DNA of 64,000 nucleotides from Planctomycetota bacterium (GTDB lineage: Bacteria > Planctomycetota > UBA1135 > UBA2386), in contig OZ245838.1 in the NCBI GenBank assembly GCA_965228735.1, forward strand, positions 6,496,001 through 6,560,000, written 5' to 3'. Made by a program: the position numbers and the translations under genes. Below, in pieces: positions 39,507 through 49,849 of this stretch. The notes beneath the pieces are model-generated. The model ran no database searches, was not told the origin of the DNA, and saw only the letters and a list, made by a program, of their open reading frames with translations. Position 1 is the stretch's first letter, and the number at the start of each line of letters is the position of its first letter.

Positions 39507-40529
39507 ATGCTGAAGCAGCGGAAGAGCATCGTCGGTCTGGATATCGGCAGTCATTGCATCAAGGCCATCGAGCTTGCTCGCGACAAATACGACTACGTGA
39601 TCACGGGCTACGCCCAGATCGAGGTCAGCGACGAAGCGGGGCGGTCCGACGCCATCGCGGAGCTCATGCGGGCGGCGAAGTTCCGCAGCAAGCGCGTCGC
39701 GACGTCGGTGAGCGGCAAGAACGTGATCTTTCGCTACGTGCCGCTCGCCGACATGTCGCAGGACAAGTTGGTGCAGGCCGTGCGGGTCGACGCCGACAAG
39801 TACATCCCGTTCGACGTCGAGGACGTCGAGCTCGACGTGCAGAAGCTCGCGAAGGTCGAGGAGGACAACCCCGAGTCCGACGTGAAGTGCCTGCTGATCG
39901 CCGCGAAGAAGACGGTCGTCGCGGACCAGGCGCAGCTGCTCATGGAACTCGGGCTGCAGCCGGTCTCGATCGGCGTCGACGGCTTCGCCCTCGGCAACGC
40001 CTGGGAGCTCGGCGACGTCGTGAACCCCGGCATCCAGGAACCGGGTCGCACGGTCGCGCTCGTCGACATCGGCGCGACCAAGACGAGCATCAACATCATG
40101 AGCGACAACGTCTCGTGCTTCGCGCGCGAGGTGCCCATGGGCGGCCAGGACTTCACCAACGCGATCGTCCGCCGTCTCGGCATCGAGAGCCCGCAGGCCG
40201 AGCAGATGAAGCGCGATGCCGGTGACCAGGTCGACGTCGTCCAGGAGGCGATGACGCAGGCCATCGAGGACCTCGGCAACGAGATCAACCTGTCATTCGA
40301 CTTCTTCGAGAACCAGTTCGACGGCGAGGTCCAGGAGGTCTGGCTCACCGGCGGCTCGGCGCTGCTGCCGTTCCTCGAGGAGAGCTTCGAGAAGATCTTC
40401 GAGAAGCGGACCAAGACCTGGAACCCGATCGAGGGCCTGAAGGTGCGCGCCGACAACGTCGACGTCGAAGCGCTGAACCAGTTCGCCCCCCAACTCGCCG
40501 TGGCCGTCGGCCTGGCGGCGACGTCGTAG
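39507..40529 (+). CDS. pilM: Type IV pilus assembly protein PilM
   Basis: VGLDIGS..IK, YIPF, VDIGA..T, LTGGS, AVAVGLA. Confidence 0.92.
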   Translation: MLKQRKSIVGLDIGSHCIKAIELARDKYDYVITGYAQIEVSDEAGRSDAIAELMRAAKFRSKRVATSVSGKNVIFRYVPLADMSQDKLVQAVRVDADKYIPFDVEDVELDVQKLAKVEEDNPESDVKCLLIAAKKTVVADQAQLLMELGLQPVSIGVDGFALGNAWELGDVVNPGIQEPGRTVALVDIGATKTSINIMSDNVSCFAREVPMGGQDFTNAIVRRLGIESPQAEQMKRDAGDQVDVVQEAMTQAIEDLGNEINLSFDFFENQFDGEVQEVWLTGGSALLPFLEESFEKIFEKRTKTWNPIEGLKVRADNVDVEALNQFAPQLAVAVGLAATS

Positions 40530-40550
40530 GAGCTGACGAGGACTACTGCC

Positions 40551-41165
40551 ATGATTCGCATCAATCTTCTTCCTGCCGAACTGCGGCGCGGCAACAAGCT
40601 CGCGCTCAAGGTGCTCGTCGCCGCGTTCGCCTCGGCTCTCGCGGTCAGCGCGTCGGTCGGCTGGTTCGGCATCGTCTGGTTCGGGCAGCTCGCCGAGGCC
40701 GAGCGCACGCTCGCCGCGGTCGAGAACAAGCTGGCCAGCAAGCAGTCGAAGGCCGCCTACTTCGACCAGCTCGAGTCCAACAAGCGCGACTACGCCCAGC
40801 GCGTGCAGACGATCCAGGACATCGGGAAGTCGCGTCGCCTCTGGTCGCGCTTCCTCGACGAGCTGATCGACGTCGTCAACAACAACGGCGACGACGAGCG
40901 CCACCTCGCGTGGTTCGACCGCATGCAGGTCAAGACGGACCCGAAGGGCGGCGCCCAGATCAACCTGCCGTGTCAGGTGCAAGGCGACGACAAGTCCCGG
41001 ATGGCGAGCTTCCACGACGATCTCGAGGTCGCGCCGTTCTCCGAGGGCATGACGAAGTCGACGCCGTCGTATCGCGTGGCGACCGACGACAGCCGCACGC
41101 CGGCCGTGTCGCTGAAGTTCCCGATGAAGATCGAGCTGCCGCCGCGCGGTTGCAAGAAGAAGTGA
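40551..41165 (+). CDS. pilN: PilN-like protein
   Basis: MIRINLLP motif, TM, coiled coil. Confidence 0.88.
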   Translation: MIRINLLPAELRRGNKLALKVLVAAFASALAVSASVGWFGIVWFGQLAEAERTLAAVENKLASKQSKAAYFDQLESNKRDYAQRVQTIQDIGKSRRLWSRFLDELIDVVNNNGDDERHLAWFDRMQVKTDPKGGAQINLPCQVQGDDKSRMASFHDDLEVAPFSEGMTKSTPSYRVATDDSRTPAVSLKFPMKIELPPRGCKKK

Positions 41166-41173
41166 GGTGACCA

Positions 41174-42592
41174 ATGGCTGCTAGCAACCAGAACAAGCAG
41201 ATGTTGATCATCTGCGGTGTCGGCGCGCTCATCTGCGCCGGTGCCGTCGGCGGGGGCTTCTACGCCCAGGGCGAGATCGAGACGATCGAGAAGACCATCA
41301 CCACCAAGAAGGGTGAGATCGCCGCCGCGGAAGCCAAGATCGTGAAGATCGGCGCCTCCGAGAAGGAAGTGGTGATCCTGCGCGAGAACCTCGACGAGTA
41401 CGTCAAGATCTTGCCGGACGCCGCGGACCTCACGCAGTTCGTCCGCATGCTCAATCGCTTCGAGCAGCAGTCGGGCGGCAAGAGCTCGATGATGACGCCC
41501 AAGAACAGCAAGGGCGGCGGCAAGAAGCGGTTCGCGCTCATCGAGTACTCGTACGAGCTGACGGGCACGCTGTGGGAGATCATGCGGTTCGTCAACCTCA
41601 TCGAGAACTACGAGCGCTTCGTCAACATCTCCGAGTTCTCGATCCAGCCGGCCAACAACCAGGGCTCGGCGAACGAGGAGACCCGCGACGGCAACGCGAT
41701 CCACCGGATCAAGTTGACGATGCAGACCTACCGCTACAACGGTGCGCAGTCGCAGAAGGAAGTCCGCATCGAGGACTACGACGACCTCAAGGAGTCGCTG
41801 CGCGAGGAGATCTTCGCGCGCATGCAGGCGATCCGCATCGAGAAGTACGAGCACAAGGGCCAGCAGGGCCGCCGTGACATCTTCGTCGATCCGCGTCTGC
41901 GCGGCGACGAGGGCATGCAGGGTCTCTCGCCGGCCGAGCAGCGCGTGATCCTCGAGCGCTACATCACCAAGGTGGACAAGCTGCGCGAGATGCTGCGCCG
42001 AGTCCGCCGCGACGACACGACGCTCTTCGAGCAGTACGCGCTCGAGAAGGGCCTGCGCGACGGCCTGCTCGAGCTGCAGGGCGAGATCGACACCGACGAC
42101 AGCAAGATCACCTACACGCCGTTCCGGATGAAGTGGTCGAAGGACGTCGCCGGCGCGGTCGAGGACATTCGCGCCGACTTCGAACAGGGCAAGATCGACG
42201 GTCCGGCGGACCCGTTCCTGCCGTTGCCCGAGATCGAGGCGCTCGTCGCGCAGATGAAGGAGGAGTGCGAGAACGGCTTCCTCGACGACGCGCGCTCGCG
42301 CTACGAACTCGTCGAGGAGCAGCTGCAGGTCCCGGCCGGTGATCCGCGGCACTCGCTCGCCGTCGAGGCGAAGACCCTGCACAGCAAGGCGGTCACCGCG
42401 ATCGACTTCCGCCAGATGGATCTGCGGATCCAGGGCGTGGTCGTGGATCGCACGGGCCGCTCCGGCGTGCTGCTCAACGGCGAGGTCTTCGAAGAAGGCG
42501 AATACGTGAGCGAAGAGCTGCTCATCAAGATGGTCGAAGAGGAGCAGGTCTGGTTCATCTTCCGCGGGCTCACGCTGGTCCGCACGATGTGA
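41174..42592 (+). CDS. pilO: PilO-like protein with long C-terminal extension
   Basis: TM, coiled coil, ILP, IENYERFVNI; extra ~280 aa. Confidence 0.75.
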   Translation: MAASNQNKQMLIICGVGALICAGAVGGGFYAQGEIETIEKTITTKKGEIAAAEAKIVKIGASEKEVVILRENLDEYVKILPDAADLTQFVRMLNRFEQQSGGKSSMMTPKNSKGGGKKRFALIEYSYELTGTLWEIMRFVNLIENYERFVNISEFSIQPANNQGSANEETRDGNAIHRIKLTMQTYRYNGAQSQKEVRIEDYDDLKESLREEIFARMQAIRIEKYEHKGQQGRRDIFVDPRLRGDEGMQGLSPAEQRVILERYITKVDKLREMLRRVRRDDTTLFEQYALEKGLRDGLLELQGEIDTDDSKITYTPFRMKWSKDVAGAVEDIRADFEQGKIDGPADPFLPLPEIEALVAQMKEECENGFLDDARSRYELVEEQLQVPAGDPRHSLAVEAKTLHSKAVTAIDFRQMDLRIQGVVVDRTGRSGVLLNGEVFEEGEYVSEELLIKMVEEEQVWFIFRGLTLVRTM

Positions 42593-42734
42593 TTTGGGCG
42601 AGCCGCGGGGGAATCGTCGGCAACGTTAAAGCCCCCGCCCCCCGTGGCTCGATGTAAGACAGAACGTGGCCGGCGCCCCCAATTGCGCCGTTCCGCGGGA
42701 CTCGAAACGCACCCCCGCGTGGGGAAGGAACGAC

Positions 42735-44576
42735 ATGCAGGCAGTGAGTAAAGGGATCTTGGCCGCTCTGGCCAGCTGCGTGGCTCTGAGCCTGCCGCTC
42801 GCGGCACAGGAACAGGGTGGCGAGCAGCAGCAGGGGGACATCACGTCCGGGGCGCAGGCCGACCGCGCCAGCCGGCTGACCCTCAAGCTTCGTGACCGCG
42901 ATCTTCGTGAGATCGTCGCGAGCATTCGTCGCAAGACGAACGCGAACATCATCATGGATCCGGGCATCGAGGCGCCGATCACGATCGAGCTCGCCGACAT
43001 TCATTGGCGGCAGGCGCTCGAGCTGGTCGCCGAGCAGGGTGGCTGCATCGTGCGTGAGCTCGAGGGCGGCATCCTCAAGGTGGAGCAGCCGCCGCCGGTC
43101 TACTTCGCGTTCGAGAACACGGACATCCAGAAGGTGATCGACACGATCGCCAAGATCTCGGGTGCCAACATCGTCGTGAACCCGGACGTCCAGGGGCAGA
43201 TCACGGTCCGCCTCAAGAACGTGCCGTGGCGCCACGCGCTCGACGCCTGCGTCAAGACGCTCGGCTTCGTCGTCGTCGAAGAAGACCGCGGCATCCTGCG
43301 CGTCGTCCCCGCGTCGAACATCCAGCAGGACCTCATCACCGAGCCGATCCAGCTGCGCTTCGTGCGCCCGCAGTCGACCTACGTGCCGTTCATCGACAGC
43401 GAATACATCCTCAACCAGCAGGCCAACGTCCAGCTGCAGCAGGGTGAGATCAACTTCACGCTGCTCGACACGCTGCAGACGATGATCACGCCGAACATCG
43501 GCAGCCTGGAGTACGTCCAGGAGACCAACGTCATCGTGGTCCGCGACACGCGTCCGGTCGTCGAGGCCGTCCGGCGCACGATCGCGATGGTCGACCTCGA
43601 ACCGTCGCAGATCTACCTCGACGTCCGCTTCGTGACGACGAGCAACGAGGACATCCTCGACGTCGGCATCAGCCCCGGTGGTTCGGGCTGGGCGGCCAGC
43701 ATCGGCCTCGGCTCCGTGCCGACGCGCCTGCCGTTCGACCTCGGCAGTGGCGGCTGGGAAGACGAGATCATCGCGAACGACACGGGCACGGGCCCGTTCG
43801 CGACCGACGGACTCAACAGCTCGGCCGGCCTGACGATCCCGAACGTGATCTTCGGCGCGCTCGACTTCACGCAGGTCACCGCGACGCTGCGCCTCCTGAA
43901 GCGCGACTCGCGCAGCGAGATCGTGCAGGCGCCGCAGATCGTCGCGCTCGATCACCAGACCGCGACGATCTTCGTCGGCGAGGCCGTGCGCTACGCGCAG
44001 GCCCGCGTCGAGCAGGGTCAGGCCGGTGGTCTGCTGCTCGCGCTCGAAGAGGGTGACGAGTCGCCGGTGAGCGTCGGCTTCCAGCTGCTCGCGACCCCGC
44101 ACATCGTGCCCGGCTCCGACAAGGTGATCCTCGAGGTCATTCCGAAGCGCACGGCGCTCTCGGGCACCGGCAGCACGACGCTCGCGCCGCCCGGCTTCGA
44201 CGTCTTCACGATCGGCACGAGCAGCTCGGAAGAGGGTCGTATCGCCCTGCCGCGCGTCAGCTCGAGCACGCTCGCGACGACGGTGCTGCTGACGGGTGGT
44301 CAGACCGCGGTGCTCGGCGGCCTCAAGACGAAGAACGAGACCGAGAGCGAGACCAAGCTGCCGTTCCTCGGCGACATCCCGATCCTCGGCCACCTCTTCA
44401 AGAACACGACGCGTCAGGAGACGACGTCGACGCTGCTCGTCTTCATCACGCCGACGATCATCCGCACGACGGACGACATCGAGCGGACGATGAGCGACGT
44501 GCTGCGCGAGAAGACGCGTGACCACCGCTCGACGCTCGCGTCGGAGCGCGAGGCGATCTTCGGCGGCGACAACTAG
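42735..44576 (+). CDS. Secretin (PilQ/GspD family)
   Basis: Two STN/N0-like repeats (I.D......ITI.L....W..AL), AP.I..LD...A.I.VG, LPFLGDIPILGHLF, LLVFITPTII. Confidence 0.92.
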   Translation: MQAVSKGILAALASCVALSLPLAAQEQGGEQQQGDITSGAQADRASRLTLKLRDRDLREIVASIRRKTNANIIMDPGIEAPITIELADIHWRQALELVAEQGGCIVRELEGGILKVEQPPPVYFAFENTDIQKVIDTIAKISGANIVVNPDVQGQITVRLKNVPWRHALDACVKTLGFVVVEEDRGILRVVPASNIQQDLITEPIQLRFVRPQSTYVPFIDSEYILNQQANVQLQQGEINFTLLDTLQTMITPNIGSLEYVQETNVIVVRDTRPVVEAVRRTIAMVDLEPSQIYLDVRFVTTSNEDILDVGISPGGSGWAASIGLGSVPTRLPFDLGSGGWEDEIIANDTGTGPFATDGLNSSAGLTIPNVIFGALDFTQVTATLRLLKRDSRSEIVQAPQIVALDHQTATIFVGEAVRYAQARVEQGQAGGLLLALEEGDESPVSVGFQLLATPHIVPGSDKVILEVIPKRTALSGTGSTTLAPPGFDVFTIGTSSSEEGRIALPRVSSSTLATTVLLTGGQTAVLGGLKTKNETESETKLPFLGDIPILGHLFKNTTRQETTSTLLVFITPTIIRTTDDIERTMSDVLREKTRDHRSTLASEREAIFGGDN

Positions 44577-44616
44577 CCGCCGCGCCAACTGGCCGGAACC
44601 GAGTCCACCGGCAGCC

Positions 44617-44659
44617 AGGAACCCCGCGGCAGCTCGACATTGAGCCGCCCGGGGTTCCT
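44617..44659 (+). terminator. Hairpin after secretin gene, probable terminator
   Basis: aggaacccc...ggggttcct stem with inner gctc/gagc; only a short T run follows. Confidence 0.5.
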
Positions 44660-44983
44660 TCGTATCATCCGGCCGCCTGCCCGGGCCGGGTGAACCGCCC
44701 GGCCGCGGTCGGGCGCGCTTCGACGCCGCCGCCCCCCGCGACGCGCGCGAGCGCTGCGTTGCATTTGCCATGGTTTCCGAGCGCCTCCGCCCCCGCACTG
44801 CCCTGGGTCCCGACTCGCACCTCCGGGTGCGCGCCGGCGGCCGGCGGTTCGGGCCAGAGAGCGCGCGCGGGCCTGGTTGTTTCGAGTTCTCCCTGGTCGA
44901 ACCGAAGTCTGCGGCTGCCACCGGCGCCGCCTGGTCCCAGGGGATCGCCCGTCCGGGCGATCGATACCCCGAGGAAGTTCCCC

Positions 44984-47521
44984 TTGAAGCGGATGCTCAT
45001 CAACGCCATCGATCCGGAAGAAAGCCGGATCGCCGTGGTGGAGGACGGCGTGCTGCAAGAGCTGCACGTCGAGTTGGCCAATCGTGAGGCCTATCTAGGC
45101 AACATCTACAAAGGCAAGGTCGTCAACATCGAGCCCAGTATCGGCGCCGCGTTCGTGGCGTTCGGTGGCCGGGTGAACGGCTTCTTGCACGTCAGTGACG
45201 TTCTGCCGGCCTACGGGCGCCCCGAGTTTCGGCTCGAGGACGTGATCGAGGGCCGCGCCCGGGTCGACGCCGAGGACGGGCCCGAGTCGCTGCAGCAGGC
45301 GCTGGACGACGGCGACGACGCGGATGGTGATGCCGACGAGGCCGACGGCGACGGTGAAGCGGCGTCTGCGGCGAGCGCCGAGGACGGTGACGCGCCGGCC
45401 GCCGATGGTGCCGCGGCCGACGACTCGGCTGGCGACGCCGCTGCTCGCGACGACTCTGGCGACGATCGCGAGCCCGAGTCTGGTGTGGCCGAATCTGGCG
45501 CGGTCGATGCCGATTCGGATGCCGACGACGACGGCTGGGACTTGTCGGCCGGAGAAGATGCCGACGGTGACGCGGCCGACGAGGAGGACGAAGACGACGA
45601 CGTCGAGGTCGAACCCGACGACGCGCTCGAGGTCGAACCCGATGAGGACGATGACGACCTCGGCTTCGGTGACGGCGTCGACGAACGCCCGCTGCTCATG
45701 GCCGCGCGGTCCGAGGATGGCGCGGGCGATGGCGGCGAAGCGGACGATTCGGTCGACCCCGAGACCCGCCCGTTCGCGGCCGCGGCCGGCGAGCCCGAGG
45801 CCGACGGCGACGGCGAGGCGTCGCCGCGCAAGAAGCGCACGCGCCGCAAGCGGACCAAGAAGGCCGAGGCGGACGACGGCGAGGTTGCCGCGGCTGCGGC
45901 CGAAGCGAGCAACGACGGCGGCGCCGAGGTGCGTGACGCGGGCGTGGCGGATGCCGATGCCGGTGCCGATGCGGGCGCCGATACCGACACCGCCGCTGCC
46001 GACACCGCCGATGCCGACAGCGCCGAAGGCGATGGCGAATCGGGCGGTGAACGGCGTCGCGGCGCGCGCAAGAAGCGCAAGAAGGCCAGGTCCGGCGGCG
46101 CCGACGAGGACGAGGCTCCGGCGGAGGCCCAGGAGAGCGGCAAGAAGTCGGGCGCGCCGAAGAGCAAGGACGGCGGCGGCCGTTCGCGGCGCGGCGGGCG
46201 TCGCAACAAGAAGAGCGGCAACGACGGCGGCCGGCCGCGCGCGGCCCGGCCGCGGCTCGCGATCGATCAGCTGCTCAAGAAGGGGCAGGAGGTCGTCGTG
46301 CAGATCACCAAGGAGGGCATCGGCAACAAGGGGCCGACGCTGACGACCTACGTGTCGTTGCCGGGGCGCTGCCTCGTGCTCATGCCGTCCCTGCCGAAGT
46401 GCGGCGTCTCCCGCAAGATCGAGGACGCGCGCGAGCGCAAGCGCCTGAAGAAGATCGTCAAGGGGCTCGACGAAACCGGTAGCGGCGGCATCGGCTTCAT
46501 CGTGCGCACGGCCGGCATCAACAAGAGCCAGGAGGACCTGCAGCGCGACCGCGACTACCTCAACAAGATCTGGGAGCTCGTCGCGCAGCGCCTGCAGGTG
46601 ACGCGCGCGCCGGCCCTGCTCTACCAGGAGTCCGATCTCGTGCTGAAGGCGATGCGCGATCAGTTCACGCGCGACATCGCCGACGTCGTCGTCGACAGCG
46701 AGGACGTGTTCATGCGCATCCGCGACTTCGCGGACAAGCTGATGCCGCACCTCAGCGAGCGCATCAAGTCGCACACGGTCACGACGCCGCTCTTCCATCA
46801 CTTCGGCATCGAGAGCGAGGTCGAGAAGCTCTACCAGCCCAAGATCGACATCAGCAACGGCGCGTCGATCGTCATCGACCAGACCGAGGCGCTCGTCGCG
46901 ATCGACGTCAACTCCGGCAAGTACAAGGCCGGGCACGACAGCGACGACACGGCCTACAAGACCAACCTCGAGGCGATCCCGGAGATCGTGCGCCAGCTGC
47001 GGCTGCGCGACCTCGGCGGCCTGATCATCATCGACTTCATCGACATGATGCAGGAGAAGCACCGCCGCGGCGTCGAACGCAAGATGATCGACTCGCTGCG
47101 CGGCGACCGCGCGCGCATCAAGGTCGGTCGGATCTCACCGTTCGGCATGCTCGAAATCACGCGCCAGCGCGTCGGGCCGGGCCTGAAGCGCACCGTGTTC
47201 ATGCAGTGCCCGCACTGCAAGGGTGCTGGCTGGTCCCGGACGGTGCAGAGCAAGGCGCTGTCTGTCTTGCGCGAGACCCGCGCGCTGCTGCACCTCAAGG
47301 GTTATTCGATCCTGCAGGTGTTCGTCGCGCCGGCCGTCGCCGACTACCTCGTCAACCACAAGCGCCGCGCGATCCTCGAACTCGAGGACGCCGTCGGCAA
47401 GTCGATCGCGTTCAAGCCCGAACAGAGCTACCCGATCGACGTGGTGCACTACCGCTTCATGACGGGCGACGGCCAGGAGGCGCGCGTCGCGATCCCGGCC
47501 GGACTCGGGGTGACGGCGTGA
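44984..47521 (+). CDS. rne: Ribonuclease E/G with large insertion in S1 domain
   Basis: GNIYKGKV.NIEPSIGAAFV, QITKEGIGNKGP.LT, AIDVNSG, LRLRDLGGLIIIDFIDM, CPHC Zn-link; TTG start inferred. Confidence 0.92.
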   Translation: MKRMLINAIDPEESRIAVVEDGVLQELHVELANREAYLGNIYKGKVVNIEPSIGAAFVAFGGRVNGFLHVSDVLPAYGRPEFRLEDVIEGRARVDAEDGPESLQQALDDGDDADGDADEADGDGEAASAASAEDGDAPAADGAAADDSAGDAAARDDSGDDREPESGVAESGAVDADSDADDDGWDLSAGEDADGDAADEEDEDDDVEVEPDDALEVEPDEDDDDLGFGDGVDERPLLMAARSEDGAGDGGEADDSVDPETRPFAAAAGEPEADGDGEASPRKKRTRRKRTKKAEADDGEVAAAAAEASNDGGAEVRDAGVADADAGADAGADTDTAAADTADADSAEGDGESGGERRRGARKKRKKARSGGADEDEAPAEAQESGKKSGAPKSKDGGGRSRRGGRRNKKSGNDGGRPRAARPRLAIDQLLKKGQEVVVQITKEGIGNKGPTLTTYVSLPGRCLVLMPSLPKCGVSRKIEDARERKRLKKIVKGLDETGSGGIGFIVRTAGINKSQEDLQRDRDYLNKIWELVAQRLQVTRAPALLYQESDLVLKAMRDQFTRDIADVVVDSEDVFMRIRDFADKLMPHLSERIKSHTVTTPLFHHFGIESEVEKLYQPKIDISNGASIVIDQTEALVAIDVNSGKYKAGHDSDDTAYKTNLEAIPEIVRQLRLRDLGGLIIIDFIDMMQEKHRRGVERKMIDSLRGDRARIKVGRISPFGMLEITRQRVGPGLKRTVFMQCPHCKGAGWSRTVQSKALSVLRETRALLHLKGYSILQVFVAPAVADYLVNHKRRAILELEDAVGKSIAFKPEQSYPIDVVHYRFMTGDGQEARVAIPAGLGVTA

Positions 47522-47522
47522 G

Positions 47523-49100
47523 ATGAGGGCGCGGTTCACAGCGCGCGCCGCGGTCGGCGCGGCGCTGTGGCCGGGGTTCTGCGTGGCTGTGGCCGCGCAG
47601 GAAGTCGTCGAGTTGCCGTGGCGGGAGACCGCGGACGGGCGGCTGGAGTACCGGGCCCACATTCCGGGCGAGGGCCGCGTGCTCGTCGAGGAATGGCAGC
47701 CGATGTTCCCCGATCTGGTGTCGGAGGAGAGTGGGCTCGACGCGATCGCGAACCTGCCGACCGTCGCGCTCGTGCCGCTCCTGTGCCACGGCGTCGGCGG
47801 CGCGGCGGCGATCGCCGAAACCGACCTCCGGCTCCAGCGGCTCGGTGTGCGGCTCGTTCGGAGCCACGGCTGGATCCATACGCATCTCGAACCGCATCCA
47901 CTGCGGGACCTGCTCGCGGTCTGCTGGCTCGCGGCCTCCGATACGGCGGTGGCTACGTTCGCATTGCGCGACATGGCGGCCCTGTACGGGGTGGACGAAG
48001 GCCGCGGCGAGCGCGAGCGGGACGCATTCGTTCGGGCCGCCGCGGCGGCTGCGCTGATCCGTCGTTCTGCACAACTGCCGGGAGGCCCCGATCTCGCCGA
48101 TGACGCTCGCGCGCTGATTCGTCGACTCGTCGGCGAGCGGTCTGGGAGCGGTTCGCTCCACGACGGCCTCGCCCGGTTGCCGGACGACGCGACGTTCGTT
48201 GGTGGCTTCCACGCCGCGGCTTTCCCCGATTCGACTCCGGTGTTGCGGGCCTGGCGTCAGCTTATTGAACGCCATGCGAGCGAGCACATGCTCGACCAGG
48301 GCGTGCTCTCGCCGGCGCAGCTGCTGATTGCGCAACTGGCCGCGGACTCGCCGGGGCAGCTGCCGTACGAGCTCGCGTCGAGGTTCGGCAACTGGCGCGC
48401 CGACTACGCGCTGTTCGCACGCCGCGGCACGGACGCCGCTCGCTGGTGGTGGTTCGTCGGCGGCAGGTTCCAACCCGACCGGGTGCGGGCCGGGCTCGAA
48501 GCCTCCGGGCTGCGTGACGTGACGTCGAGGGACGGCGTCGTCGAGGCGACCTTCGCGGGCTGGCACGTGCGCGTGAGTTCGACGGCCTTCGAACTCTGGC
48601 AGGGTGACCTCGATGACGTTCCGCGCGGTAGTCGGGTTGCTGAGCTGCATGATCGCGCGAACGAGGGATCGGCTCCGGTCTGGTTGTGGATCGAACCGGA
48701 CTGCCCGGGCGTTCCGCTGACGAACGGTGCGGCCCGGCCGCTGGATGTTCGCGTCGATCCGATCGCAGGTGTGGTGGGGGCGAATGTGACGTTCGCGATC
48801 GAATCGGCCGCTGTCGCGGCGAGCGAGTCGTGGACCAAGTGGCAGACGGGCGCCCGATTCGATCCGGACGAGCGCGCTGACATCGAGGGCCCGTTCACCT
48901 GGCGCCAGGTCGAGGAGGCGCCTCCCGGCCTCGGCGAGATCGGCAAAGGGCGACTGAGCTGGCGTCGTTGCATCACGGCCGTCGAACACGAGCGCGACGG
49001 GGTGAGGCTCACCTGGCAACTCGACCTCACGACGTTCCCGGCCGTCGATCGTTTGCATTGGCTCGCGCCGCCGCTGTCGGATCGGTGGCGCTATCGGTGA
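47523..49100 (+). CDS. Hypothetical exported protein
   Basis: 525-aa ORF abutting rne, signal-peptide-like start; no recognised motif. Confidence 0.6.
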   Translation: MRARFTARAAVGAALWPGFCVAVAAQEVVELPWRETADGRLEYRAHIPGEGRVLVEEWQPMFPDLVSEESGLDAIANLPTVALVPLLCHGVGGAAAIAETDLRLQRLGVRLVRSHGWIHTHLEPHPLRDLLAVCWLAASDTAVATFALRDMAALYGVDEGRGERERDAFVRAAAAAALIRRSAQLPGGPDLADDARALIRRLVGERSGSGSLHDGLARLPDDATFVGGFHAAAFPDSTPVLRAWRQLIERHASEHMLDQGVLSPAQLLIAQLAADSPGQLPYELASRFGNWRADYALFARRGTDAARWWWFVGGRFQPDRVRAGLEASGLRDVTSRDGVVEATFAGWHVRVSSTAFELWQGDLDDVPRGSRVAELHDRANEGSAPVWLWIEPDCPGVPLTNGAARPLDVRVDPIAGVVGANVTFAIESAAVAASESWTKWQTGARFDPDERADIEGPFTWRQVEEAPPGLGEIGKGRLSWRRCITAVEHERDGVRLTWQLDLTTFPAVDRLHWLAPPLSDRWRYR

Positions 49101-49220
49101 TGCGGATCGTGTTGCTGGGCTGCATGGAGCGGGACGAGCTTTTCCGACTGCGGAAGTAGGCGTTTACGCAGGCGTCGTTACTCCGCCGACTCCGCGACCA
49201 AGGGTTAGGCTGGCGCCGAC

Positions 49221-49442
49221 ATGGATATCACAGTTTCCGTCGACCAACTGAGTGAATGGGCAGAGTCTTGCCTGCGGATCAACCACTTGAACACACTCGT
49301 TCAGCGCGAACTCGCGGAGGACTCACGGGCGGCCAAACTGAGCGAGAGGGCACGCAGGCGTGCGTGGAGTCTCTTCAACGAGATGGTGGCCACAGGTGCC
49401 AGAAAGCCGCCCGGCTACTGCGAGCCCGACGGCGCTTCATAG
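49221..49442 (+). CDS. Small hypothetical protein
   Basis: 73-aa ATG ORF with protein-like composition. Confidence 0.45.
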   Translation: MDITVSVDQLSEWAESCLRINHLNTLVQRELAEDSRAAKLSERARRRAWSLFNEMVATGARKPPGYCEPDGAS

Positions 49443-49849
49443 CGAGGCGACGCTTTCGCTGCGCCGACGCAGGCGCCGGCCTGTTTGCGGAAACGGGAGG
49501 ATTCGCAGGCGCGGCTTGCGCCAGCGGTGCCGGCATGGAACCCATCAAGACCGTGGGCGGCACAGAGAATGGCGATGCGATCATCGCCACGATTGGCGGT
49601 GATTCAGCTGGCGCTGCTGCTTGGTGTCGGATTGGCCTGCTGACGATTCTCTTCCTGCTGCCTGTGCCCTTCTTCGACCCCTGAGACTCGCCGCGCCAGC
49701 CCAAGCACCTCGACCTGGCGGACAACACGTCGCCGGCCTTCGGCCCGTGGCAGCTGTCGCGTGCCGTTCGTTCTTCGGGACCGAAACTCGCCGTGGCCGT
49801 CCGCGCGCGGTTACCATCGGTTACTTCCCCCCAACCCCCCGGAGACAGC

